From: Bigelowiella natans CCMP2755 | Lineage: Eukaryota > Protista > Cercozoa | NCBI GenBank assembly: GCA_000320545.1 | Contig: ADNK01002641.1 | Span: 1 to 64,000, forward strand | DNA length: 64,000 bases | Direction: 5' to 3' | Shown: positions 1-13,299 of the stretch, piece after piece | Numbering within the stretch: position 1 is the stretch's first letter | Layout: each line of letters opens with the position of its first letter | Position numbers and translations under genes: made by a program | Notes under the pieces: model-generated | Told to the model about the DNA's origin: nothing | Seen by the model: the letters and a program-made list of their open reading frames with translations, nothing else | The model's database searches: none

Positions 1-37
1 TTCCCCGCCAAGGTCATTTACAGCTGCCTTTAACTAG

Positions 38-747
38 TTTGGCACTGTCAAGGAAATGAATGTCTTAGTGATAATGATGTTATTGGACTGTCTTGCGTCG
101 CGGACATCATCGATACGCGTATTCACGATTAGCCATCAGATGCTGGCAGCAATAATTTATTCAGTTTATGATAGACGTATTAAAAGACAATACAGCCCGG
201 CGGTCTTGCACACGCAGAATATTGCAGGAAAAGTATTGACAGTCGCATGCTGCCATGTCGCCATCGCTTTGGCTGGAAGCGCATCAGGAGACCACTAGAT
301 CATTGCGTAAATTGCATGTAGGCACTAAGGCAGTTTATTATTGTGTCGCATATGTCAATAATGTCACATGCCCGCGCGTACGTGACACGATGCGACACTC
401 GGACGTACGGTCATGCACTTTCCTCTGCGAGCTTGGGGGGGGGGGACCTCCTATCCTCCTCCTGGCCTCATCTTCCGTACCTTTCAACCAACCATCAGGT
501 TGGATGGCAACAAGGACACGAAATGCTATTCCATGGGCAAGATATCTGGCAAAGATTTTAAGGTGGTTTGAAGGGAGGACGGCATTCCCACCATCGACTT
601 GCAGCCGCAGTAGCAACAAGAGCAATATGGAAAAGAAGAAGAAGAAGAAGAAGAAGAAGAAGAAACAGATGACGAAGAAGAGGAATAAGCGCGGCTTTCT
701 AGAATTTCATCAACCCCCATATTCAACGCCATCACTATCATCATTAA

Positions 748-782
<35 letters not shown>

Positions 783-1176
783 CTATCATCATCGCTTCAC
801 CTCTACGACAACATTACATTCACAAAAAACATCATTCGCGGCTATTATTCCACACACATTTCAACACAAACTGATATGATGATACTACCTGCCGCAAAAC
901 TAGGTCCGTAGCACGACAGTGAAGCTTCGATTCGTCTTAAACTGCAACGAGGGGTCACTTCAGATTCAGTCGATGTCGCAGGTCAACGACTCCATCACCA
1001 TCACAGTGCCCAGGAAAACGAAGCTGTTCCCATGGGCCTCGTTGCTAGAAAAAGGTGTGTGCATGTGTGTGAGCAATTTGATGATGAAGCTCCCTGTGTA
1101 TGCGACAAAATGCTGCTGATGGTTGTGGTGTGAAATATAGCATTGGTGATATTTATATGAGAGAGAGAGGGGGGGG

Positions 1177-1220
<44 letters not shown>

Positions 1221-1240
1221 TGGCTTTGTTTTTGCATAAA

Positions 1241-1275
<35 letters not shown>

Positions 1276-2011
1276 TTTTCTACATAATCGTATCTTCTTT
1301 CGAGAACGAGATCGATGCTGCTTGTGCTTTGTATATCCATTTATATACGCACACCAATCACCAACCCTCTCCCCCTCATGGAATGGAATAATAGCGACGA
1401 CAACAACGATAACAACAACAACAACGATAACAACAACAACAGCAACAACAACAACAACGATAACAACAACAACAACGATAACAACAACAATGATAACAAC
1501 AACAACAACAACAGGCTGTAGCGTTCGCTTCGTAAGTGGTCCACGTATAGCCATGGACGAGTCGATTCAAAACCTAAGCAGCATACACAGCACTACCCGA
1601 CAACAACAACACGCCAACTCTTCCTGCAACTTCCGTTCCAAGCGAAGGAGTCCGCGAAGGCGCGTTATCAGCTCTCCCTGCTACGACGATGAGAGCAGCT
1701 ATCACAACAACAACAACAACAACAACAGGGTTTCGCGTCGCCCCTTATTAAACGATTCAATGGCTTCCGTCCGCCATTCGTTTGATTCCTCGTCGCCGCT
1801 TGTTAGCACGGAAACGTCTTCTACGATATTCGCGGGGCTGCATGCACACCGAAGCTTAGCTTGGTCGCACGCACGCTCAGCTAAATGCTTTGAGATCTCA
1901 GACAGAGGGGCTATGGCGACGCTCACTGGGTCCACTGGATCGATTATCGGCATTGACGGATGGAATAAGGGGGTGAGGACGTGGGAGGTAGCTTTTGTTT
2001 CTTTGTGTATA

Positions 2012-2049
<38 letters not shown>

Positions 2050-3738
2050 TGTGTGTGTGTGTGTTCGTACTATTGTCTGATGATGATGATAAAGCAACTA
2101 TAGCAGTAAAGGCGTGTAAATAGGATAATGAATCGATGTTAAAAGTATATGTGTATTATGATAATTTTATATCAAGATGTTCATTATCGAATCTATTCAA
2201 TTACTAGCTCGCCTTGGAGTCAAAGGAGCTGAAACATGGTGCTTTTTGGTATGCAAACTTAGCCCCCTCTCCCCACCCACCCACCCCCTCCGCCCTGCTC
2301 GTGACCAATTTCCACCTCTGGAAAAAGGCTCCGATTACGCAGCCTTTGTTTCAACAACATTGGCCTTTTTTTGACAAATAAGCCGGAGGAAATAGAAGAT
2401 TGGCTTCTATGTAGTAAAGTGTTAAGGCAACAAAGCGTGGAATTATAAAAGTAGTAATGCGTTGTTTGTTTTAACGACAGGTGGGCACGTGTTGGTGTTG
2501 CTCTAGATGGAACGCAGTGCGAAGGCAGGGGCTGTCATCACATCCCTGGAAAGACGTACGATTTGCTAGCATATACCACATGTCACCGATCGATCGATTA
2601 CCCTTGCGTCAATGCCGTCGGGCATTGCTTGTGGAACGGCAGCAAAAACTGTGATAGCTGCTGCATGTGAACATGCTCGTGCTAGCGGAAGAGAGCGTCT
2701 TATAGAATGTTGTTGGTCACCAATGCTTCCTGTCCGCAAAAACATAATCGGTAGCATGATGATTACGTATATCATCTTCCTAGCCACCGCATAGTTCTCA
2801 TACCGTCGCGTCATTCGTCCTCCCCCCCCCTCTCTAATCTCCCTTAGATTTGGTCATAGACTTGATGGAGACCAAGCAGCACACACCGAACAGTCCTTCA
2901 CGCTGGGAATCAAGGCAGGTGTCGCTTTTAAGATTAAGTCTACGATGGCACGATTACGCATGAAGCTGGATCACAACAACGGGTCGCTTACCATCACTGA
3001 CGTCCTGCAGCCAGAGCACTTCTTGTGCATAAACATTCCCAAGGGGAAAAGGTATGTGCGTTCGCTGTTTTGTCAAGATTATGGAACAACATCAGTAGTA
3101 GTAGTAGTAGTAGTGATGTCATGGTCCATATATCAGCATTGTTTGGTAGCAAGCTCTTTGAGAGAGAGAGAGAGAGGGAGAGAGAGAGAGAGAGAGAGAG
3201 AGCTCTATAGAAGCACGAAAGAGCGCGTTGTTGTGCGTTTTGCTGTGTGTGCGTCGCTAATCTTTGGCGACCTCGCGTGCGTTTTCTCTAAATGCAAAAT
3301 TCCATTCATTTTTTCCTGCATGCGAAACAAGTATTTGCATGTCTTTTTCGTCTTCTTCTCATATTCTTCCACGTCTGTTTACGATATGCGTTATTATATA
3401 GGCTCTATCCTTGGGCAAGCTTAGTGAATGAAGGCACAAGTAATGCCCAATTTTAGAAATTGATCATTTTCCTTCAAATATGATGACTCAGGCAAGTTAA
3501 CGCACCCTCTCCTCCCCTCTCCCTCCCCTGCCTCCTGCACACTTGCACATTGACAGGCATCAGGTTTGTTGACGGTATAGATGAGATCGACGAAGAAGGG
3601 GGTCATAAGGATGATAAAGACGATCGTAACAACGTTCATGGAAGGCGTACAACATCACCAATAGTCTCGCCAAATACTGTGAAGAACTTCGTAAAAAGAC
3701 AATCCCGATTAGTTCGCCAGACGAATGGCCTAGACTAG
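38..3738 (+). CDS. Multi-exon protein with two tandem SPRY/B30.2-like domains (5' end probably upstream of the window)
   Basis: GT-AG exons join into two similar beta-rich units. Unit 1: VRSTTVKLRFVLNCNEGSLQI...KLFPWASLLEKG|CSVRFV (exon 904-1054, continuing at ~1516). Unit 2: GWNKGVRTWE|IGFYVVK|WARVGVA...RLRMKLDHNNGSLTI...KR|LYPWASLVNEGT|SIRFV, stop at 3738. The G-x-x-x-WE, VGVA, LD-x-x-x-G-x-L and LYP motifs are SPRY hallmarks. Exons before 904 are tentative. Confidence 0.7.
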
Positions 3739-4009
3739 CAAAAAGAAGGAATAGGAGATTCGAAAGTAAATTAAAAATTTATGCAACAATTATGCATATG
3801 CGGTAGAGATTCAAACAGCTGCTGTCATTTCGATCTCTTAATGTTAATTTCTTACTTTCTTTGATTGGTTGGGCGTAGTTTTCACATCATCAGCAAGGCC
3901 TAATGCCTGACTCTTAACGCGTAGGTTAGAGAAACTATTTGTTGCGACGACGACGAAAATGTCTAAATCACCACATAGATGGGAAAGATGTTCATCGACT
4001 TTAGTTTCT

Positions 4010-4502
4010 CTGATCGCATGGGGAGATGCATGATGCGAACAAACAAGTGTTTTGTCTGGTTCATTTTGTGACGTGTTTCCGGCATGACTTGGTGTGTGTG
4101 TGTGTGTGCATGCCATGAGGCACATGTCATCGTGCACTAGCACAGCTGGTTGGTCGATCAAACGCGAATCGAAGACATCCCTGCTAGCTTGCACTGCATC
4201 ATCGATCAACTACAACTGTTTTCTGCGAACAACAATGATGTGCTAGATCAGCATGTGGCAACCGGTTTGCGCCGCTCCTACTGTGCATCTCAAATCCGCA
4301 GAAGCCATGCTAGCATGCAATGTCATCTTTCGTTCGATCTGGTTGTTTGTGCCATGCTCTGCGCACTGGCATAGCCACCGCTAGACATGTGCAGGTGTGA
4401 TTGTTGCGTGCCGCGCGGCCATGTTGATCACTAGATCTGACAGCTCGCACGTGCTGCATGTACGTGGGTGCGAATCATCAAACAAGCGGCGATGCACGTT
4501 GC

Positions 4503-4533
<31 letters not shown>

Positions 4534-6410
4534 TGTGCGTCTAGCTAGCTAGGCGTGTGCGTGCAAATCTTGTCTTGATGGACATGGTGACAGCTCATGT
4601 GATGCATGCATGTGATGTCACGTGTCTGCAATGAGCATGCAACAGCTAGACAGCACATGTGATGCACATGTGACATTGCGTGTCTGTGATTGTCCGTGTG
4701 CAGCGCGCCGTGTCACATGCTAGCGCAGCATGCCTTGCTCTGGTGCTAGCTGCTTGAGGCCATGAGGTTGTCGCATTGTGGACAATGCAATGCATGTGTG
4801 CACAACAGTGTATCTGTCATTCGTGTGAGCAGTCTAGCAGTGCTGATGCATGCAAACGCAGACATGAACGCAAAAACTTGCATTGCATGTGATCTGTGTG
4901 TGCGGCGCACATTTTCAAAAATTGGCATTGCTAGATTGGGATGTGCAGGTGGAAAGCGCACATTGTTGCAAACAATGCCTGCTGCAGAGCACAAATTCCT
5001 AGCTAGCTACAGTGCTCATTGGTCCATCGTAACGACGCGCAGTGACGATGCAAGAATCAAGGTTTGACGCATCCGACGATCCACACGTCTGCATCACCAG
5101 CTGCTCATTTGCAAAGCTGCACCGCACCGCCATGGATTGGCATGATCATTGAAATGAGCAATCACTCGATTTCATTGCATCCCAATCTAGCAACCACACA
5201 CATTTGTCTCTGCCATCATGTGTTTCATGCACGTTCAAAATTGGCAATTCACATGCACACATGCATGCCTGAATGATCTGATCGACAGCTAGACAGTCTG
5301 GCACGTCATCCCTGAATCTCCAGCATCCATCTAGTCTGCCATTGCTACCTAGCTACCACTTCCAGAGGAAATGCGATGGTCCACATCTTTCACGACATCG
5401 CGTGTGTTGCATGGTTCATCTGCTTCTTCACAATGTTCATGGGACAACACGAACAAGCTCCCAAAATCGCCCATCGCGTGCAGATGGCGTGCATCTACTC
5501 CTGCATGCGTCCATTTTTTCGAGTTTGTGGCTCATGCTACCACTTCCGCCCCCAACGCTCGCCTCAATTCCGCACTTGAGAAGTGCAAATCCCTCAAGTC
5601 TCTGTTGAACACCAGAACCCGTCGATCAATGCAATCTTGCTTGATGAAGATTTTGAGTTCGGGATGTTTTGTCAAGTCACAGAGAGTGCCAATTTCTGTT
5701 TTTGACCTCAACATTTGCCTTCATGTCAACCAGATGCTTTGCGATCTCCAAATGACCCTCCTGGCAACCGCAAATCAACGGAGCATCACCTGACATGTGT
5801 TGTCATGCAATCGTGTCAAATTGTGCAACATCTTTTGCAACTGCTGTCTCACTGTTAGCATCAGAACCCACCGAGCCAGTCTTTCGCTTCGATGTTTGCC
5901 TTCACATCAACCAGATGCTTTGCGATCTCCAAAAGACCTCCACGGGAACACTCAATCAACCACTTGCTGCTTCTGCTGCTCTTGCTGCTGCTGCTGCCAC
6001 TGTTTTGCCAAGTGTGTCAACCTGATACCCAACACCCAACACCACGTTTGCCATCAATCACTCAACACTCCCAACTGCTGCCGCGACAATGTCAACACTG
6101 CTGCTGCTGCCCACCGGAACGGTTGCGCTCCTCAACACTTGCGTTTTCCCCCATCAAACGCTTGAGACAGGGAAGGTCGTTGCTGTGCATTGCTTGGAAG
6201 GTGTTACTCGTCGAGGTGCCAGACGACATTGTCGCACTCCACGTCACGGTCCAACAGATTCTGGAGCAATTCTGGAAACGTGCCCAATGAAGGGCCGGAT
6301 GCCCTTCCGATGATGAAACTGTCCGACGTGTCTGAAGATCATCTGTCTCTCAGAGTCTCCGAAGGTGTCTCTCAGAGTCTCCGAAGGTGTCCGAAGATGA
6401 TGTCCGAAGA
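4010..6410. other. TpA-depleted (hypermutated) intergenic domain 1
   Basis: TA is nearly absent apart from CTAG/CTA/TAG survivors (e.g. ctagctagctag at 4541); CATG, TGCA and CACG are enriched; normal TA content returns abruptly at ~6421. Confidence 0.85.
5530..5965 (-). pseudogene. Ankyrin-repeat gene relic with an intron, hypermutated
   Basis: Minus strand reads WLIECSRGGLLEIAKHLVDVKANIEAKDWL|G (GT..AG intron ~5870-5790) then GDAPLICGCQEGHLEIAKHLVDMKANVEVKN: two ankyrin repeats, followed by a frameshift/stop. Confidence 0.75.
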
Positions 6411-6786
6411 TGACCCGATTTTATATTTTTTGGTTAATAAATTACGGTATGTAAAACATCTCTTTTTATTTTAAAATGTGTAGAATAGATCTAATCACTA
6501 ATGCAATCTGAAATACAAAAGAGATGTTTTACATAGTTTATTAGATCTAACCAAGGATCTCCGAGGATTTCCTGGATTTCTGCCTAAAAAACGAACAGAA
6601 TCATCCTTCTGCTCCTAGGCTCTCCTTTTCTCTTTTTCCAGTTGTGTTCTTGCGACAATTGTCATCGACAAAACTTCAATTAAATGCCCTGCACTTTGCA
6701 CCTCTGATGGATGAATAATGCAAATCAGTACAGGTAGATCTACGTGGCAGAATACGGGCACGCATCTTCTCTTGTAAGCATCCACG

Positions 6787-7836
6787 ATGAGTCGATCCAG
6801 GGAGGAGGCGAAATGCAGTAGCAGCATCTTCCCGCCCTTTGAGAGAGGAGGGCCGGGCAGTTTAGCCCACGATGCCCCCCAAACCTACACAAGACGTTCC
6901 TTGGATGACAATTCGTGGAAAAGATCACCGAGTAAGTCTTCGCGGCTGAATAAGTCTTCGCGGCTGAATAGGGCTGATTCAATGCCGATATGGTCGAGTA
7001 CACACCTACGATTCCCAAAGGCAAGCCCTACCAAAATTGAAATGAAGAGAGGGTACAAGAGTGAGTCCGAAAGGAGCAAGTTGCGGGGAAGGGTTTTGTT
7101 TCCTAGGCATGAAGGCAATGGCGTTAACAATAGGGCTACTAGTTTTTCTCCAGTCTCTTCCAAAATTCGTGCAAGTAACTTATTTTCCAATCTGGCACTC
7201 CCCCGATATGAAAGCAATGGTGTCAACAATAGAATTGGCTTACCTCTAGCCTCTTCCAGTATTCGTCAAAGTAATTCATGTACCAATCTTGCGCTCCTTG
7301 GCAAAGGTGGCAATGATAAGGTTGGCTTACCTCTAGCCTCTTCCAGTATTCGTCAAAGTAATTCATGTACCAATCTTGCGCTCCTTGGCAAAGGTAGCAA
7401 TGATAAGGTTGGCTTGCCTCTAGCCTCTTCCAGTATTCGTCAAAGTAATTCATGTACCAATCTTGCTCTACTCCAAAAGTCATCATCAAGACGATTCCAG
7501 ACAGTGCTGAACGAATATTGGGAAGGCACAGATCTGAGAAGAAGGAGCGGTCGGAAACACGGCTCTATCTCCTCACTTGTTATGCGCACATTCGAAATGA
7601 AAAAGGAGGAAGAAAAAAGGAGGAGAGACAAAATATTGACCAACGGTATGTGACTTATTCCTTGATTTTCGTGGATATAATATCGAGGGTATGTGTCTCA
7701 TCATAGGGAAGAACGTAAAGCCTGCACAGGATCTCTTGACATCTCGCCTCCAAAGAAAGGTTTTCAAAAAATCTCGATGCTACAGCAACGCACCTGCGTC
7801 ACCACATCATGTTTCAACTGTTTGCTGCACGCCAGC

Positions 7837-7878
<42 letters not shown>

Positions 7879-8177
7879 TATTTAAAAAAAAACACCGATT
7901 CAGCAATGATACACATATATTTGTTGCTTAGGAATGGTGTGCTTACGAAAGAAACCACTATGCAGATGAAATCCTCAAGTTCGAGCATGGACCGTTGACC
8001 AGGGAGCAAAAACGACAAATAAAGACTGGAGAGAAATCACAATTGAGGCAGCAGTGTAAGATTTCCCCATCTGTAAGTCAAATGAAGCTGCGAGACTATT
8101 TGAAAGAGTTCAGAACCAAAGAAAATGACATGACGGCGCGTCGTATCAAAAAATCGCATTTGTCGGATGAAGACTAG
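6787..8177 (+). CDS. Hypothetical Ser/Arg-rich protein, 3 exons
   Basis: Exon 6787-7646, exon ~7707-7759 (GKNVKPAQDLLTSRLQRK) and exon ~7932-8177 (EWCAYERNHYADEILKFEHGP...SDED*); GT-AG sites keep the frame. No recognisable domain. Confidence 0.6.
7235..7467 (+). repeat. 87-bp coding tandem repeat (about 2.7 copies, 29-aa unit)
   Basis: GLPLASSSIRQSNSCTNLALL is repeated three times in the ORF at 87-bp spacing. Confidence 0.95.
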
Positions 8178-8559
8178 TGGGAGAAAGTAGCAACATTCTA
8201 ATCGACGAAATCCCCCTTAAGGTCAATTCAACACTGTGTGTGCGTCGCATCGTTAGTAGACAATACCCAGTAGGGACTCGGGCCATCATCACACTCAAAA
8301 ACATATTCGAGCACCATACTCCAACAAAATGCTGAAGAACAATTGCGATGAATAAATCGTCATGCTTAAGTGATGACTGCCAAATGTAGCGTGAAAATAG
8401 TATTTTATGTGTTTTGAATGGCACAGTACACGTGAACATGATGCTGCCATGGGCTTTGGACACTGCATTGGATCGTTATTTCGATCAACCACGTTGCTTT
8501 TTCCCATAATGAAGAAACAGAGCTGCATTAGACATGAATTTTCTTCACACCGTTGCAAT

Positions 8560-9500
8560 TTTGACAGCGCGGAATGTGGCCTGTGGACGTGCAGGCTAGC
8601 TAGCTAGCAGGCCGCGCGATCAACCATGATGCTTTGCATCTGCTTCGCGGAGAACTTATGCACAAGAGTGCGAACACGACGTGGCGCATGCTAGCTAGCT
8701 AGCATGCATACATGCGCTCTAGCGCTGCGCACGACACACACGTACACATGCACGCACAAAAGTTAGTCTAGTGGTGCACATGTCAGCATGCACCGCGCGT
8801 CTTGCGCTCGTCGTGGCGATGTTCTCCACAAGGGCGCTGAGAAACCGCGTCGCATGGCGCAACGTGCATGTTGCAAGATTCACATTCCTTGTCGCACACG
8901 CAAAACACCGGCGGCACATGATAAGCAATGCTAGAATGCTGAATGACATTGCTAGCCCACGCTGGCCTGCTCGCTACCGAAGTAGTAGCTCGGGCGAACT
9001 AATTATATAGCGATCTTCGCTGCGCACAACATGCATGCCCGCAAAGCGACGAATGGTCCGTTGGGTGGGATCGACGCAGCTGGATTGCATGTCCATGATC
9101 TAAATGGCAGGCACCTTCGATTCAAAATGAGTCATCTCTAGCTGACTCTCTGACCCCCTGATGTTCTTCGTTCATGAAGTTTTTGAGTTTGAATCACATG
9201 TCATGGTGTGCGCAGCGCCCATCACAGGTTCATTATTTGGGCAAGCTAGCTAGCTGCTAGCAGGCGCGACCATTCTAGCATTGTGGTGTCTAGGTGTGAT
9301 GGCATGCTAGCTTGCTGTGGCATGCAGCCTAGCAGCGCCAGAGCGGATGACGATGTCCAAGTTAGCAGCTAGACAAACGGGCACACGACATGCACACGTG
9401 CTTCTAGCTCCACAGTGCACAAGGCTGCTGCACTTGCGTTCAGATTAGTGCGATGCTGCGCACACGCGGCATCCGACTCACTGAGTTAAAAGTAGCATGC
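8560..9500. other. TpA-depleted intergenic domain 2, between convergent genes
   Basis: TA is strongly reduced and survivors are mostly gctagc/ctag; a few ordinary TAs remain, so conversion is partial. Confidence 0.75.
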
Positions 9501-9662
9501 TGCTGCTGCTGCTGCTATCGTATTGCTCGGCTCAGCGTGTGCTTGTTTGCATGCAACCTTGCCATCATTGGCTATTACAACAATTTTGTTTTCGTGTTTA
9601 CTTGCACATCCCACATCAGCGGTGATTTCCATCCCCTCCTCTCTTCCCGTGGATAGAGAGTG

Positions 9663-10221
9663 CTACGAAGGCGGCACATCTTTGTTTTCTAGAGGTTGAC
9701 AATTGATCTTTGCTCTTGGGGAGTTACTCTCAAAGCTCTCCACTTGCTGTCTTGACGACTCGCATTTAGGCAAGACGACTGGGTTAGTGTGTGGGTCCCG
9801 TCTCCCTCCACCTAACGCTGTTACTACTATCGGCGGGGAGTTGCTGCTTTGAGGTGGTACTTCCTTCTGTTGGATGTTAATACTTCGTGGGGTAACGACT
9901 GATGGGGAAGGTGTTTCTACCACAAGACACCTTGGAATGCCTCCCCCAGAAGACTGGTGCTGTGGGAATTTGCTCTTGATTCGAGGACTGGGGGGAGCAA
10001 GATTGGCGAGCTCTATTATGAACTCACGGCCTTTGCCGCCTTCGCTTCGCCGCCTTGAGATGTTCTTTGTCATGGGGTTGATGTTCATTCGAGAGCAGGG
10101 AGAGCGCATTGAATGAGAGACCACGAGGGGCACTGAGCAGGGGCCAACAGGACTGCTGTCTCGAGACCGTTTCATGGTGATTTTTTTGGGTGAAGTTAAC
10201 AGAGATGAATCTAGTATTATC

Positions 10222-10263
<42 letters not shown>

Positions 10264-11404
10264 CACAAAAGCACAAAAGTATGTATGGACGAGAAGTAAT
10301 TGCGGCAAATGAGGCGGAATGAATGATTATTCAGGAAAAGAAGATGTGTATATGCGCACTGGTTAAAGGTATAATAACCACCTCTTTGATGTTTTTGTTC
10401 TGAAGTTGAGTTGTTCGCATTGTTATTTTTCGAGTCTCTGCTTTGCTTGGACTCCCTAGATTCTCTCACGTAAGATCTGCTGTTGTTGCTGCCTCCTCCT
10501 CCTCCTTTGTACTTCGCTGGCTTTGATGATGCAATAGCGATCTTACGAGCAATACTATGTCCGCCGCGTGAGAAGCTAAAGCTGCGCATGAGAGTATGGA
10601 TATTTGACGACGGCTGTCCGCGCTCCTTGACCGGGCGAAATTCACTGTGCGACAATTGGATTCTATGGCCTAGTCGCTTCAATATCTGCTCCTTACACTT
10701 CTGACAGGGGACCCAGCAATACCTACGATGACATTTCCAATAAATATATAACTATCAGTGTGAATGATAATATACACTGCCCAACAAGTGTATTTCGCCC
10801 GAACTTAGCAGCCTCATTTAAAGTGAATCACCAATCGCTGTTGTTAAGATTTTTCATTGTTATCTACTTTAGCATGCTACAAATAGGAGCCGTTGATATG
10901 AAGTGATTCCCGTATTTTGTGCTGAAATTACAAGCTTTGATTCGATAATTATGCATGCTTTCGTCGTAGATCAAGTCCTTTTTGGGGACGGTTAACCATG
11001 AACCGTCATTGTCATTTATTACCAGATTATGCAAATTGGAAAGATTATCAGAAGTGATTCTCGTGATCTCACGTCTCTGTTGGAATCGAACCTTTCGCAC
11101 CTGAAATACATGCAAAGGTGGTTTACACAACAACAACAACCAACAATAACAACAACACAGACACACAAACTAGACACATAGTACCATGTGTCTGTTCTTT
11201 CTTCTAAGATAAGGATGATAGTTGTCACCGTATTAAAGAAATTGAACGAGATAACAACGATGCCTATGTTAATACTGGTGATCAGATATGATGGGGGAAC
11301 CCAAGTACAAAACAACAAGTCTGCATCATTTTAATTCTAAAATACATATTATGTGCACTTATTAACGAAATGCCGTTGTGTGAGACGATTGAGGCCACAC
11401 ATGG

Positions 11405-11452
<48 letters not shown>

Positions 11453-12635
11453 ATTCATATTCTCGAATAAGAAAAATAAAGAAGACAAAATGGGGAAGAA
11501 TTAGTCAATAGAGAGTCCCAATACCAAGTAAAATCGTAGCGATCATTTGTTTTTTGAGCTTTGCAGTAGCAGCCTCCACGATAGGAACCCTGCCAACATT
11601 GGAAAAAGGAGGTGTTTTTCATGATATCATTTGCATCCTCTTAATTCTCATTCTCAGGAAGGAATCCTCTCCATGCTATCTGTTGAGACCATGTATTCTC
11701 AGGAAGGAATCCTCTCCATGCTATCTGTTGAGACCATGTATTATTTGTACCAAGCACACTTAATCCTCTCCATGCTATCTGTTGAGACCATGTATTATTT
11801 GTACCAACCACACTTTATTTGCTGCCTGCTAGTCTGCTCTCTGCGAGATATAGATATATCACCATTTTCCAATGATTTGACGCTCGGATTCTCTGTCGTA
11901 GTAGGCCTCTCGCAGTGCGTTCATAACCTGGAAGAGAATAAACAAGCTACCATCATATCATATATAACGGCATTTCTTACTTGACAAGGATTAAGTGCAG
12001 CTATAATAACCTGCGTTTTGTTTCCATTGAGTGAGGATACGAGTGATAGAGAAGCACGTGAAATTTGAACGAAGATTATACCTGCAGTGAACTGTGAAGG
12101 AGAAGAAGCAGCTCTATTATCGTTATGAGCTGCACGCAAACAATCCTGCTTTTTCTCACATCTCTCATTGTATTCACGTCTTCCAAAAAGTTACTGATAA
12201 CATGATCATCTAAAACTATAGAGAACGCTCTCATGAAGGAATAAGTGGTGCTCTCATGCCAGGCATCATGCATCACGTTGCGAAAAGAAGTATATCAAAT
12301 GAGGTGATGATGATGATGATGAGGATGATGATGACGATGATGGAACGTTAGGACGCTGCTGCATCATCCAACACGTCGATGATGCCGATGTCCCTTGTTT
12401 ATGCTACGCTCATCAATCTTGTTTATTGTGAAATGCTCTCTATGTATTTGAGCACGTCATGAATCTTGTTAAAATGTATGTATGTCTCATCATCACCGTA
12501 AAAGGAATTTCATGAATAAGCGCTAGAGCAGGCATCTCTGTAAGAAGAACGTCAGGAATACCATCTTATCCTCCTCATCGAGTTGTGACAATATGTTTTT
12601 TTTAGTCTCAAAAATGATATTCAAACAGTAGGAAG

Positions 12636-12681
<46 letters not shown>

Positions 12682-13087
12682 GTGTGTGAGTGGCGCTTGA
12701 TTCTGCATTACAACAACAACAAATCATTCCGATTTTGGTAATACTAACTACCCGTAATCGCAATGAGGACAATTTCGACTCCGTACGCAGAGGTTTGGCA
12801 CTGTTTTAGAGGGGGAAGACACAAAAGGCAAAAGGAAAGATGAATAATATTAATTACGTTTGAGTTCAGTCAAAGACGTAGAGACTGGAAGAGAAAACCG
12901 AGATTGTTACTGTTATGTAAGAACATTTAGTGAAAGTCAGGAATGAGATGTATTGTAAAGTAAGGAAACGTGTCTTCTTCACGACGTATGGTTGATTACT
13001 ATAGCTGCACTGAGGACGAGGCTGTTGTTTCGAAAGAAATCTCGCCATTGACAATTCTAAGGATGATGTAGAGAAGGACTTTCTCAT
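9663..13087 (-). CDS. Hypothetical multi-exon protein
   Basis: Exon-like open segments with GT-AG borders: 13087-12963, 12637-12556, ~12280-12083, 12012-11983 (VIIAALNPCQ), 11927-11862 (VMNALREAYYDRESERQIIGK), 11100-10868, 10703-10382, 10210-9663. Start and some joins are uncertain; no domain recognised. Confidence 0.5.
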
Positions 13088-13299
13088 AATTGCCTTTTTG
13101 CACTTAACAACCCCCCCCCCCCTTCTCTCTCTCCCTCACACACACACACAGACACCCACACTCACACACACACACACGAAGACAGTCACAAATTTGAACG
13201 ATTGGTATCATGTATGTTAGTCGTAGTTTGATTCTGTTAGTCGTAGTTTGATTCTATGTTTAAAACAGAATAAACATGTTCCTGGAAAAAAAAGGTATT

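Noticed and set aside
1100-1554. Poly-T/N/V/L/C ORFs and similar YIYI, ERER and CVCV ORFs across the window
   Set aside because: Translations of intronic microsatellites.
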